64,000 nucleotides of DNA from a virus. Location: positions 1 to 64,000 of the IMG/VR virus record IMGVR_UViG_3300037882_001264; one strand, 5' to 3'. Below the pieces are notes generated by a model. That model was given only the letters and a program-made list of their open reading frames with translations. It was not told where the DNA came from and ran no database searches. Below are positions 55,448-64,000 of the stretch, piece by piece (position 1 is the stretch's first letter; every line of letters starts with the position of its first letter). A program made the position numbers and the translations under genes.

Positions 55448-55705
55448 TCAGGACTGGTCTGAGGGGCGGCCGTTGTACTTCATGACGACCTCGATCGCCT
55501 TGTTCAGCAGTTCGGGCGAGTAGTGCGTAGCGACCAGTTCAGACCCGGCTGGCTCGCTGATGACGACCAGAACAGGTCGACCGTTGACGGGGGTGACGAA
55601 CTCCGGCGCCGAGCAGTCGTACCAGATGTCGATCTGCCGGACTGCCATCTGGGCTTCGCGCGTCGAGTAGAAGTAGGCGTACAGGACCGGCTTGGTCTCC
55701 ATCAT
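55448..55705 (-). CDS. Hypothetical protein
   Basis: ATGA overlap start. Confidence 0.55.
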   Translation of the reverse strand: MMETKPVLYAYFYSTREAQMAVRQIDIWYDCSAPEFVTPVNGRPVLVVISEPAGSELVATHYSPELLNKAIEVVMKYNGRPSDQS

Positions 55706-56067
55706 CGGAATCCCTGCTCCTTGGCATCTTGGCGCGACTCGAACCAGAGCGCGATGACGGCGGCCTGGACGACCAGAGCGATCTTCGGGGACTTTCGCCA
55801 CAAGACCTGCCACATCGCCTGGGCGAACAGCAGGCCAGTCAGCGCCAACTGCAAGATCATGGTCCCCAGGGCGTCCTCGGAACGCTGGAACTCGTCGAGG
55901 CCAGGCGGAGGGTTGATCAGAGCAGGCACCATGATGAAGGCGATGAGGGCTGCGGCTGCCCAGCCACCGAACCACATCCAGTCGATCTCGCGCATGGGGC
56001 GGCGCCAATCGGTGGACCAGTCGAAGGTGGCTTCGTCCGCTGTGTCTTGCTGGACGATGGTCTTCAC
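55702..56067 (-). CDS. Membrane protein (3 TM)
   Basis: Three hydrophobic segments. Confidence 0.65.
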   Translation of the reverse strand: MKTIVQQDTADEATFDWSTDWRRPMREIDWMWFGGWAAAALIAFIMVPALINPPPGLDEFQRSEDALGTMILQLALTGLLFAQAMWQVLWRKSPKIALVVQAAVIALWFESRQDAKEQGFR

Positions 56068-56306
56068 AGCAGTACCTCTATCTCTTCATCGGCTAGGTGT
56101 GATACTGAGTAGTCTTGGTCATTCGCCACGTATCGTAGCATCACGAGGGCGTCGTGTCCAGTCTTCCCTTGCTGGGTGCGCACATGGGTGATGTAGCCAC
56201 GCCCCTCCTGGACGCGGATCACGCGACCGCGCTCAAGGTTTGAGGCGGGCAGGGTCCATGCAACGGGCTCGGGCTCTTCCTCGGGAGTCAGCGGAGCCTC
56301 AGACAT
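56064..56306 (-). CDS. Small SH3-like protein
   Basis: Start moved to MSEAPL (GAGGG RBS) to avoid a long overlap. Confidence 0.5.
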   Translation of the reverse strand: MSEAPLTPEEEPEPVAWTLPASNLERGRVIRVQEGRGYITHVRTQQGKTGHDALVMLRYVANDQDYSVSHLADEEIEVLL

Positions 56307-59300
56307 TGCGACCCTCACGTATGCGTAGGCGAGCGAGCCGAGGGCTGCTGCGAGGAGGATCTTCCTTGCCCTCACTGAGTACCTCATCAGACGCAAAGAT
56401 GTGGGACGGGTGGATGTCGCTGGGCCAGTAGTCCTCGCCCAGGTTGCCCCGGTAGGGGGTCTCAGCGTGCTCCATGTGCTGTGCGGCTGGGTTGTTGACG
56501 CTACCCCTCACGACGCGCACCGGTACATGGCTGACGCCCTCCTCGTGAGCAGCCTGGACTCGGTGGTTGCCTTCGCCGAGGTAGGCATGGTGGGTCTTCG
56601 GATCGAAGATTACCATGGCCGGATCCTTGAACCCCTCGCCGTTGCGGAGGGACTCGCGGTAGTGCTCTACGCCGGAGCGCTCAGTCTCGTTGCCGTGCAT
56701 CTTGCGCAGCGCGTCGGTGCTGACATAGCCGATGACAGATCGGTCCTCGCCCTGACCGCCCATGCCGCTGTCACGGTAGTGGTTCATGTTCGGGTGCAGC
56801 GTCGTGGGGTCGACCTTCGAGGCGATCTTCTGACCGTGCTGGTCGCGCTTGATGAACATCCCCTCCTCGTCGAAGTCTTCATCCTTGGGCTCGGCCAGGG
56901 TCTGCTTGACGTCGTCGAACTCGTTGTGACCGAAGCCCCGGTCGCCAGTCATGTACCCCTTCCAGCGATTGTAGTGCTGGGTGTGCTGCTCGGGTGTCAT
57001 GTCGCGGACGTCAGGACCGTCGTAGTGGTAGCCCTCGCCGAAGTGATGGCGCGGGGGCTGATCCCAGCCGTCCCGCTCGATCGGCTTTCCAGAGTCAAAC
57101 TCGCTGCCGTGGTGGCTCTCGATGCGGCCATGCTCACCGAATGCCTCGCGCTCGTGCGCGTCGAGGGGGATGACTCGATGCACCTTCACCTTGTCGAAGT
57201 GCTCGGCGGGTATGAACTTCTCTCCGCCCCATCGCTCGTCGGTAGCGACTCCCTTGGGGGAGTGGATCTCTGCCACGTATGGGCGAACGTAGCCCTGCGT
57301 TCCAGTCCAGTCGCTAGGGCGCTCAGCCGTGTAGAGGCCCTTGTGCTCGCGAGGACGGATGGACAATGCGTTGTCCTCCGGCTGGTGGTCCGGGTTCAGC
57401 GCGAAGTGGGGGTTATCAGTAAGGTGGTAGGTCACCTCGTGATCCTGAGACGACGTCTTCTGGTCGGGGAAGCGAGCATCGACCAACTGCTGCCACAGCC
57501 CCGCCTGGTCGAGGTACTTCTCGACGGCGTTGCGGTAGTCGAACACACCCTGGCCATGCGGGCCGAATGCCCCCGAGCGCGAGGAGTGGATGTGCTCCCA
57601 GATGCGCTTGGCACGGTTCGAGCGCGCTGGCTCCGGGAGGGCGAGCGCACCCTTGACCTGCTGCGCGACGCCCTCGAAGTAGTACCACTCCGTCGGCGAG
57701 AACTTGTGGCCCTTCGGCTCGCTGACGGGGCGCACGGCCCACTCGTCGTCGGAGAGGTTGTACGCGGCGTAGGGCTTGATCACGCGGATGTCGTAGGAGT
57801 TCGGGTTGACGTAGAAGGTGCTCGACCAGGGGCCGACACGCACCTTGCCACCCTCGGGGTCGCCAGCCCATTCCCACTCGGGGACTTCGCTGGAGGGCAC
57901 GTTGAGGTAGACACCTTCGAGGTTGCAGTGCTCACGCAGTTCAGCGTTGAGGTGAGCCGACACCATCTTGGGGCTCATGCCAGCGAACTGCGGATTGGCC
58001 TCGACCAGCCCCTTGTACTCGACGCCGATCAGTGTGTCGAGGTCATCGTTGAGCCGGTACTTCGGGTCGACTTCGCGATCGGCTGCATGAGCCTGGATGG
58101 CGTTCTTGTCAGCCCACCACTCGGAGATGCTGGAGCCAGCGATGTAGACCTTGCTCCAGGTGCGCCAGTTGGAGTAGCGACCGTCCCACCATGCAGCCAG
58201 TCGCCCCATGGCGTAGTCGCGGACCTCGGGGCGGATCCTGTCGCCGTCGAACAGGCGCGGGTCAAGGCTACCGTTCGTCGGGGCGAAGAGGCGGTCGGTC
58301 GGTTGCCAGGTGTCGAGGACGTGAGACTCGCGAAGAAGCGCCTGCTTTATCGTCTTCCATGGGGTGTGCTTGACCTCCTTGCGGAGCGCGGGCATGTCGG
58401 GTAGATCAGCGATGTCCCACCAGGCCACGACCTCAATGTCATCACCCTTGGGGTCATCGGGATTGCGGACGTGACGGTCTTCGTGGTCGGGATTGAGGTC
58501 GATGTCATCCTCGGTGGGGATCGTCAGGACAAACCCCTGGTAGATCCCGTTCGGGCTGACCCAGTTCGCCGTGACCTCAGCGTCGCTGGGGATCTTCAGC
58601 CCGGTCTCCTCGGAGAACTCACGGCGTGCAGCGGCGAGGGGGTCCTCACCCTCATCGATATGACCTCCGGGGAACTCCCAGGTGCCACGAGCCGGGTCCG
58701 ACTCGTCCTCGTTGGAGCGCTGGATTAGCAGGATGCGACCGGAGTCCTTGGCCTTGAGGCACAGCCCCGCAACCTCGATGCTCTTCGCCTCAGCAAAGTG
58801 CTGGAGGATCGACACCGGCTGGAAGTCCTTCTTGCGGAGCCGAGGCCTTGCCTTGGTAGCGTCCTCGTATGCGACTTCGTGCTGGTCCCAGTCGTGCGGC
58901 TCGTACACGTCGCTGCCGTCAGAAACACTCTTGACGAATCCCCTGCCATCGCGGGTGAGGTCGTCAGAGTGCATTGGCAGGGTGTCGACGTGACCGGCGT
59001 CGTGCAGTTGCTGGGCGTGCTCCAGCATCTTGCGCGCGACACCCTTGCCGTCGTACCCCCGGCCCACCTGCACCCAGGTGATCTCACCGGGCTTGTACTG
59101 GCGGCTGCCGTCCTTGCCGACCCACGAGAGGCTCCCGACAGGAGCACCGCGATCTGGCAGCCGGGCGTGGATAACGTGCTTCTCCCCACCGAGGGTGGGC
59201 TGCTTCTCGTAGTGGAGTTTCAGACCATCGAGCGAGTAGTCATCGCCGAATCCACCAAAGTGCTGGAGAACCCCGAGAGTGTAGTCATGCTTGGTCCCCT

Positions 59301-59790
59301 TGGGGTCGGCCACCTCATCGTGGAACGCCCCGGGGTCCTTTCCGGACTCTTCGCCGTCCTCCCAGTTGCTGTCATCCCACCCTCTGGTGTTCATCCAGGT
59401 CCGACCGTCCTCAGACAACTCAGGAGAGTGGATGGGAAACGAATCGGCCTGGCCACTGGTGTAACGCTCCTTGGCGTGTTCCATCATGGCGCTGGCAATG
59501 CCCTTGCGACGATGGTCCTCATGAACCCACACATTGGAGATCTCACCCGGGTAGTGCCCATCGGACTCCGAGTACCTCTCCGATTCGCGAGGAGCCCAGG
59601 TCATGCTGCCCACGAGCCCACCCGAGGATGGGCTGTGAGCCTCAACAGCATGGTGGGGAGTTATGTAGTGGGGCGTTCCGTCACCCTTCCTGCGCCCCGG
59701 GAAGAAGCGGAACTTCAAGTCTGAGGGCAGATCTCCGCTGGAGCCGCCAAAGTGCTGAAGCAGGGAGGCACCATCGGGCTGCTGGCTCAC
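56299..59790 (-). CDS. Polyvalent protein: GNAT, GNAT, Nudix hydrolase, nucleotidyltransferase, ART-like and ParB-like domains
   Basis: VWVHEDHRRKGIASAM; VQVGRGYDGKGVARKM; GTWEFPGGHIDEGEDPLAAARREFSEETG; IAGSSIS...DDLDTLI; YHLT...GLYT...GGEKF; LGEGNHRVQAA. GGAGG RBS before GTG 59790. Confidence 0.85.
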   Translation of the reverse strand: MSQQPDGASLLQHFGGSSGDLPSDLKFRFFPGRRKGDGTPHYITPHHAVEAHSPSSGGLVGSMTWAPRESERYSESDGHYPGEISNVWVHEDHRRKGIASAMMEHAKERYTSGQADSFPIHSPELSEDGRTWMNTRGWDDSNWEDGEESGKDPGAFHDEVADPKGTKHDYTLGVLQHFGGFGDDYSLDGLKLHYEKQPTLGGEKHVIHARLPDRGAPVGSLSWVGKDGSRQYKPGEITWVQVGRGYDGKGVARKMLEHAQQLHDAGHVDTLPMHSDDLTRDGRGFVKSVSDGSDVYEPHDWDQHEVAYEDATKARPRLRKKDFQPVSILQHFAEAKSIEVAGLCLKAKDSGRILLIQRSNEDESDPARGTWEFPGGHIDEGEDPLAAARREFSEETGLKIPSDAEVTANWVSPNGIYQGFVLTIPTEDDIDLNPDHEDRHVRNPDDPKGDDIEVVAWWDIADLPDMPALRKEVKHTPWKTIKQALLRESHVLDTWQPTDRLFAPTNGSLDPRLFDGDRIRPEVRDYAMGRLAAWWDGRYSNWRTWSKVYIAGSSISEWWADKNAIQAHAADREVDPKYRLNDDLDTLIGVEYKGLVEANPQFAGMSPKMVSAHLNAELREHCNLEGVYLNVPSSEVPEWEWAGDPEGGKVRVGPWSSTFYVNPNSYDIRVIKPYAAYNLSDDEWAVRPVSEPKGHKFSPTEWYYFEGVAQQVKGALALPEPARSNRAKRIWEHIHSSRSGAFGPHGQGVFDYRNAVEKYLDQAGLWQQLVDARFPDQKTSSQDHEVTYHLTDNPHFALNPDHQPEDNALSIRPREHKGLYTAERPSDWTGTQGYVRPYVAEIHSPKGVATDERWGGEKFIPAEHFDKVKVHRVIPLDAHEREAFGEHGRIESHHGSEFDSGKPIERDGWDQPPRHHFGEGYHYDGPDVRDMTPEQHTQHYNRWKGYMTGDRGFGHNEFDDVKQTLAEPKDEDFDEEGMFIKRDQHGQKIASKVDPTTLHPNMNHYRDSGMGGQGEDRSVIGYVSTDALRKMHGNETERSGVEHYRESLRNGEGFKDPAMVIFDPKTHHAYLGEGNHRVQAAHEEGVSHVPVRVVRGSVNNPAAQHMEHAETPYRGNLGEDYWPSDIHPSHIFASDEVLSEGKEDPPRSSPRLARLRIREGRNV

Positions 59791-59800
59791 GGTCACCTCC

Positions 59801-59836
59801 ACACCCTTTCGGGGCCCCCACGCTGAGAGCGACAGC
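59801..59836 (-). promoter_or_regulatory. Phage-specific (late-type) promoter
   Basis: GCTGT-21 nt-GAAAGGGTGT. Confidence 0.55.
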
Positions 59837-59843
59837 AATGACT

Positions 59844-59884
59844 GAGGGGCCCCTCCCGGAACTCAGTCCAGGTCGGGGCCCCTC
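59844..59884 (-). terminator. GC-rich hairpin closing the intergenic RNA
   Basis: GAGGGGCCCC...GGGGCCCCTC 10-bp arms with inner pairing; no strong U tract. Confidence 0.5.
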
Positions 59885-59963
59885 TGCGTGCCGATCCTGC
59901 CACAGCAACCCGCCAGAGACGCTGGGCGGACCTTGCACGCTTGGAGGGGGTTACCCTCCGTCG
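59844..59963 (-). ncRNA. Candidate structured small RNA complementary to early-gene leaders
   Basis: Upstream TTGCAC-18-(TG)CATACT promoter; hairpin GGAGGG/CCCUCC; GCGUGC/GCACGC-closed junction; terminal hairpin; contains GUCUCUGGCGGG. Confidence 0.5.
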
Positions 59964-59968
59964 GCCAT

Positions 59969-59998
59969 AGTATGGCACAACCGACCCAAGTGGTGCAA
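59969..59998 (-). promoter_or_regulatory. Putative SigA-type promoter for the intergenic RNA
   Basis: TTGCAC(59998-59993)-18-CATACT(59974-59969), extended TG; overlapped by a CCGACCC/GGGTCGG inverted repeat. Confidence 0.45.
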
Positions 59999-60008
59999 CC
60001 CGGGTCGG

Positions 60009-62048
60009 CTAGAAGCGGTGCCTCTTAGCGCCCCTGCGCTGCGGGGCCCAGTCGGGCCGATCGGGGTCTCCTCGACGAGCGCCGTTCCCGAAGTTCGAGA
60101 GCGCATCGCCCGGGTCTTCGCGCATGCCCGGGAAGGGGTCCGCTCCGCCCTGGAGCGCGCCACGCGGGCGGAAGTTCGACAGGTCCGCGTGCATGAAGTT
60201 GTTGACCTGCTCGCCGATGAGGACGTGAATGACTTCCATCATGCAGTCGGCGATGTCCTTGGACTGCACCGGCCCAGCGGAGGGGTGGTCGACCCGGCCG
60301 TTCTTCATCTGGAGGAACCGCAGTTCGAGGTCGGCGCGCTCGTTGTATGGGGCGTGCACGAGCCCGAGGTTGATCGCGGCCTTGGCGCTCTCCTTGACGG
60401 TCCAGTCGTACTGGCGGGTCGTGGTCTTCTCGAAGACGGTGACACGCTTGGGCATCGAGGTGTTGCGGATGCGCTTCTGCAACTTCTGCACCGACGCCGG
60501 GGAGTTGTACTGGTCGTAGGTGAACTCCTCTGGGTAGAACTTCGTGATGACGTTCTCCCAGATCCAGTCGTCGACCTGCTCGTAGTCGATGATGCCGTCC
60601 GGGTAGTCGGCGGGATCGAAGTGCCGGACCAGGTCGAAGACGCAGTGCAGTCGCCCTGCCTCATCAGTCTCAGTGTGGGCAACGGCGAGGCCGTACTTGT
60701 CGTTCACCTTCGAGGGGTCAGCGTGCCCCTTGTAGGCGTACATGAGGAGCCCGCCGGTCTGGGTCGTGATGGCAGGAGGACCGTACTGCTGCGGGCGCTC
60801 CGTCCACGGTGCGAAGATGCCCGCGACCTTCTCGCTGTTGAGATAGGCATCGATCGCTGTAGCAAAGCGCGACTCGCGCTCGACGGCGAAGGTCTCGGGG
60901 TTGGCTCGCTTGAGCCTCTCCATCGACTCGTCGTAGGTCTGGATCGCGCCCTTGAGTGGCTCGAAGGTCGGGGGCATGCTCTCGCGGTACTCGCCCAGGT
61001 CGCCGTCGAACTCCGGCGGGAAGAGGGGGATCTGGTCAGCCTTCTCCCAGTCCTTGTAGATGTCCCATGAGGCCAACTGGAACATGGCGATCTCGGGGTA
61101 CAGCGCAGTGCCGTGCTCGTTCAGTTCGAGGGAGTGCTGGTAGTTCTCGTAGAACTGGCCCATCATCTGCCAGGGGCTCGACGGCTCGACGATGAAGGCG
61201 TCCTTGCCGAACTGGTCGAGGGCCGGAGTGGCGGCCTGGTAGACCTCTTCAGCAGAGCGGTTGGCGCCAGAGGCCACAACGTGAGCCATCTCGTCGTAGG
61301 CCTGCATGAACGACGTCGGACCACGACCGGCCATCAGGGTCGACTCCTTCGGCACGATGCCGAAGGATGCCATGTCCTGCTCAGCGTTGATGCCCTTGCG
61401 TTCCATCTCCTTCATTCGGACCCAGTCCGAGGGGGCGTAGATCGTCAGGCTCTCGCCGAGCAAGCGCGAGATGTAGGGAGCGAAGCACGTCGATCCGGAG
61501 ATGACGTTGACGAGGTCCTGCCACACCTGAGCCTTGGCCTGCTCGCGCTTACCGGCGAACACCATGGCCATCAACTTCTTGTCGCGGTCGACACCGTAGT
61601 AGGCCTGCGGGCCTCCGGGGCGCGACATGTAGTTCCAGAGCACGTAGGACATCATGAGAGCGGTCATGTGCCCCTTACCGGCACGTCGACCCATGACCAG
61701 CAGCACCTCGCGGAACCACGGGTAGCCCCGCGCCTTGAGGTAGCGCATGCGTTCGAGGATGTCTCCTGCGACGCCGTTATAGTTGGTCTGGCGGAACGAC
61801 TCCTGCCACTCGGCCACGACCGCGTAGTCGTAGTCGGTGAAGAGGTCTTCCCGGAGGAAGACGATCTTCATCAGCGTGGCCTGGCGCGGGTAGAGGCTAG
61901 GTCGGTTCAGATACTCCGGACTGACGATCCATGTGATCGGGTCGGGCACCTCGATGATGGAGCCGGATACGATCCGGTGCATGTCCTGGGGCGCGATCCC
62001 CTTGAGACCATCAGGAAGGATCAGGCCGCCGCGACTGGCGAATGCCAT
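60009..62048 (-). CDS. terL: Terminase large subunit
   Basis: Walker A MGRRAGKG, Walker B YDEMAH, RNase-H-like HADPSKVND and KDIADC. Confidence 0.9.
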   Translation of the reverse strand: MAFASRGGLILPDGLKGIAPQDMHRIVSGSIIEVPDPITWIVSPEYLNRPSLYPRQATLMKIVFLREDLFTDYDYAVVAEWQESFRQTNYNGVAGDILERMRYLKARGYPWFREVLLVMGRRAGKGHMTALMMSYVLWNYMSRPGGPQAYYGVDRDKKLMAMVFAGKREQAKAQVWQDLVNVISGSTCFAPYISRLLGESLTIYAPSDWVRMKEMERKGINAEQDMASFGIVPKESTLMAGRGPTSFMQAYDEMAHVVASGANRSAEEVYQAATPALDQFGKDAFIVEPSSPWQMMGQFYENYQHSLELNEHGTALYPEIAMFQLASWDIYKDWEKADQIPLFPPEFDGDLGEYRESMPPTFEPLKGAIQTYDESMERLKRANPETFAVERESRFATAIDAYLNSEKVAGIFAPWTERPQQYGPPAITTQTGGLLMYAYKGHADPSKVNDKYGLAVAHTETDEAGRLHCVFDLVRHFDPADYPDGIIDYEQVDDWIWENVITKFYPEEFTYDQYNSPASVQKLQKRIRNTSMPKRVTVFEKTTTRQYDWTVKESAKAAINLGLVHAPYNERADLELRFLQMKNGRVDHPSAGPVQSKDIADCMMEVIHVLIGEQVNNFMHADLSNFRPRGALQGGADPFPGMREDPGDALSNFGNGARRGDPDRPDWAPQRRGAKRHRF

Positions 62049-62051
62049 TGG

Positions 62052-62303
62052 CTAGATACCGTCCTCGGAATGGGCCATCTCTTCGAGCATGAGCCCGATT
62101 GCGGAAGGGGACGCCGTCGCGTTCGGGACTCGATGGCCGCATACCTGGAACCGGACGACGGCCTGGATCCCGAGGAACTCACCCCGGTCAGTGACGACGG
62201 CCTCCAGGCTGGTGGCAATCTCGTTGTAGTCGGCCACGCAGACCGGACACTTGACCTGACGCGGGACTCGCATGAGTACCGCAGTGCCCGGCTCGAACGT
62301 CAT
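62052..62303 (-). CDS. Small zinc-binding protein
   Basis: CPVC...CGH. Confidence 0.55.
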   Translation of the reverse strand: MTFEPGTAVLMRVPRQVKCPVCVADYNEIATSLEAVVTDRGEFLGIQAVVRFQVCGHRVPNATASPSAIGLMLEEMAHSEDGI

Positions 62304-62311
62304 GGATCCCC

Positions 62312-62734
62312 CTAGTGGCTGTGCCCCTGAGCACGAGCCTCCAGAGCACGGATGTCTTCCGCGCTCGTCTTGATGACTCCGCCCTCGTCGAGGCCGAGCA
62401 GGTTGTTCGTAACCTCGTGGACCTGCTGGTCCCGGTCGAACGTGAAGCCTGAATCTGCGCGGTCCTTGATGACGATCTCGGGGATGATGACATCCTTGAC
62501 GTTCGTGTCGTACCAGACGACGTCAACGATGAAGCCGATCGCGTGGAAGCGGTCTTTGATCTCACGCTGGAAGGAGTCGTAGTCCTGGGGGGACTGGGCC
62601 TTGTCCTGGAAGTACTTGAGCAGCCCCTCGATCGACTCGATCTCGGAGTCGTAGATGTCGAGGGTCTTGGTCAGATCGCTCTGGGGCGCAGCAGACCCGT
62701 AGGTGCTGGGTTGCCCGATGATCGGAACGCTCAC
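62312..62734 (-). CDS. Conserved hypothetical protein next to terminase
   Basis: 140-aa ORF; FDRDQQVHEV..NLLG. Confidence 0.65.
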   Translation of the reverse strand: MSVPIIGQPSTYGSAAPQSDLTKTLDIYDSEIESIEGLLKYFQDKAQSPQDYDSFQREIKDRFHAIGFIVDVVWYDTNVKDVIIPEIVIKDRADSGFTFDRDQQVHEVTNNLLGLDEGGVIKTSAEDIRALEARAQGHSH

Positions 62735-62815
62735 TGTGTTGCCGCCGTTCGGTAGTAGTTCTGGAACAAGGGTAATGCAGGGGTTGACTTCTCCGCATTC
62801 AGGGTGTATTGCGGG

Positions 62816-63514
62816 CTATTCCGCAATCTCTAGCGGGGTCTCCTGGATGACTACAGCCTGCCGCCGGGCCGACTCAGCGTAGAGCGCCTTGAGGATCGGG
62901 TGCTGCTCGATGGCCTTGCCGTACTCCTCACGCAGGTGCAGCGGGATGAACTGCTGGGCCAAGGTCAGGTGCACCAGCATGACGTCGCGCCAGACCTGCT
63001 CGTCGATGCCGCCACCAGTGGCTTGCTCGAACTGGTGGAGCAGCGCGGCTGCCCGAAGGACGTCGGGGATGTCCGGCTCAAGGTCTCCGGACTGGAGGCG
63101 CTCGAACCCACGCTGGACGATCAACTGTGCGACGAGGACCTTGTCTGCCTCAGCACCGACAGCGGCCTCGATGTCGACACCGAGGTCCTCCTGCCGACGC
63201 TCGATGACGGCACGCTGGACTGCCGCGCTCGCACCGCTGTGGCCAGACTTCGCGTGGGTGGCGATGCTGCGAACGCTCGGGTGGTCCCACTCATCGCCGT
63301 TCGGCTGGTGGGTGGGCAGGTCGGCCAGGATGCCGGTGTAGGACCTGCCGCCCAGGAGGGCAGCCTCGATCTCCATGCGGAAGGGGCTCTGGCAGACATC
63401 GCATGTGGCGACGGCCTTGCCGTTGTAGATCCGGTTGCCGACCTTGAACCCGACCGCCGCCTGAGGGACGACCTCGGCAGGGAGCGAATCGTCGTCTGTT
63501 GCCATGACGGTCAT
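62816..63514 (-). CDS. Probable terminase small subunit (CxxC plus HTH)
   Basis: CDVCQSP.R..IE..L..G.SY..I...S.RSIA.H...H; upstream of terL. Confidence 0.5.
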   Translation of the reverse strand: MTVMATDDDSLPAEVVPQAAVGFKVGNRIYNGKAVATCDVCQSPFRMEIEAALLGGRSYTGILADLPTHQPNGDEWDHPSVRSIATHAKSGHSGASAAVQRAVIERRQEDLGVDIEAAVGAEADKVLVAQLIVQRGFERLQSGDLEPDIPDVLRAAALLHQFEQATGGGIDEQVWRDVMLVHLTLAQQFIPLHLREEYGKAIEQHPILKALYAESARRQAVVIQETPLEIAE

Positions 63515-63515
63515 C

Positions 63516-63845
63516 TCAGGTGGGGTCCCAGGGGTCTAGGCCCGCAGCCCGCCCTCTGGTGTAGTCGACAGCAGTGCTCCGCTTGCCGCCCCCAGGAACC
63601 CCGTCCACGCTGTTCAGGTGAGGGGAGGTGCGGTTGATCTCGCGGTGGTACATGCCCTGGCGGATGGAGGAGTCCGGCGAGCCGCTGGCCGGGTAGACCT
63701 CGCGGGAGCGTCGGTTCTGCTCCTTCCACGGGGTCAGGATGTCGCTCTTGGCGGCCTGACTGGTCACTCCTTCGAGCGACTCCCGGATGAGCCTGTCGGC
63801 CTCTGCCTCAAGTTGGGGGTGGACCCCCGATCGCACGTATCCCAT
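63516..63845 (-). CDS. Hypothetical protein
   Basis: TGATG overlap start. Confidence 0.6.
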   Translation of the reverse strand: MGYVRSGVHPQLEAEADRLIRESLEGVTSQAAKSDILTPWKEQNRRSREVYPASGSPDSSIRQGMYHREINRTSPHLNSVDGVPGGGKRSTAVDYTRGRAAGLDPWDPT

Positions 63846-64000
63846 CAGACGGCCTGCTCGATTCTGTCGTCGTAGCGCTCCAGCATCCCAGAGTCGATCA
63901 TGAAGCAGAGTCGCTTCAGGCCGTCTGTGGCATACATGGCGACTGGGTTGGTACTGGAGACACCCATCCTCTCGGCGACGGCCTTCTCACGGATGTTCTC
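63845..64000 (-). CDS. C-terminus of a sigma-70 region-4-like HTH protein (partial)
   Basis: Hand translation ENIREKAVAERMGVSSTNPVAMYATDGLKRLCF...EQAV*. Confidence 0.55.
   Translation of the reverse strand, partial: ENIREKAVAERMGVSSTNPVAMYATDGLKRLCFMIDSGMLERYDDRIEQAV

Noticed and set aside
40875-58404. Long + strand ORFs (e.g. 40875..42503, 46589..48214, 49226..51202, 56401..58404)
   Set aside because: Shadow ORFs typical of high-GC DNA, opposite well-supported minus-strand genes.
59844-59966. Possible tRNA, HDV-like or hammerhead ribozyme in the terL-downstream gap
   Set aside because: No cloverleaf or TTCRA arm, no CUGANGA/GAAA core, and the helix order does not fit the HDV double pseudoknot by eye; an Rfam/Infernal search would be decisive.

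Overview
This 64 kb, high-GC (roughly two-thirds G+C) window is part of a large tailed actinobacteriophage, organised like Bxz1/cluster-C-type myoviruses; that family assignment is from memory of motifs, not a search. Essentially all real genes are on the minus strand, and the long + strand ORFs are shadows. Reading in transcription order (right to left): (1) a sigma-region-4-like HTH fragment, a probable small terminase and the large terminase; (2) a structured intergenic RNA candidate; (3) a 1163-aa polyvalent protein (GNAT-GNAT-Nudix-nucleotidyltransferase-ART-like-ParB); (4) a small accessory block; (5) large modular head-region proteins, a GT2-TPR glycosyltransferase with a beta-propeller partner, the portal, a SWIM-finger protein and a ParB-like protein; (6) about 23 kb of small accessory/early genes driven by many SigA-type promoters (DUF2786, HEXXH metallohydrolase, LPD29, ART-like protein, lysin-like protein); (7) a tail-fibre/decoration block with collagen-like proteins, a GSITLGG-repeat/CBM protein and an embedded adenylate-forming enzyme plus GNAT pair. 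Two promoter classes can be read from the DNA: SigA-type TTGAC-17-TANNNT, and a phage-specific CCTGT-N21/22-(G/T)AANGGGTAG class. The top candidate new system is a ~120-nt structured RNA downstream of terminase. It carries the exact reverse complement (GUCUCUGGCGGG) of a motif (CCGCCAGAGAC) lying just before the ribosome-binding site in at least 8 early transcripts, suggesting a phage-encoded multi-target antisense regulator. No tRNA, rRNA or CRISPR array was recognised.
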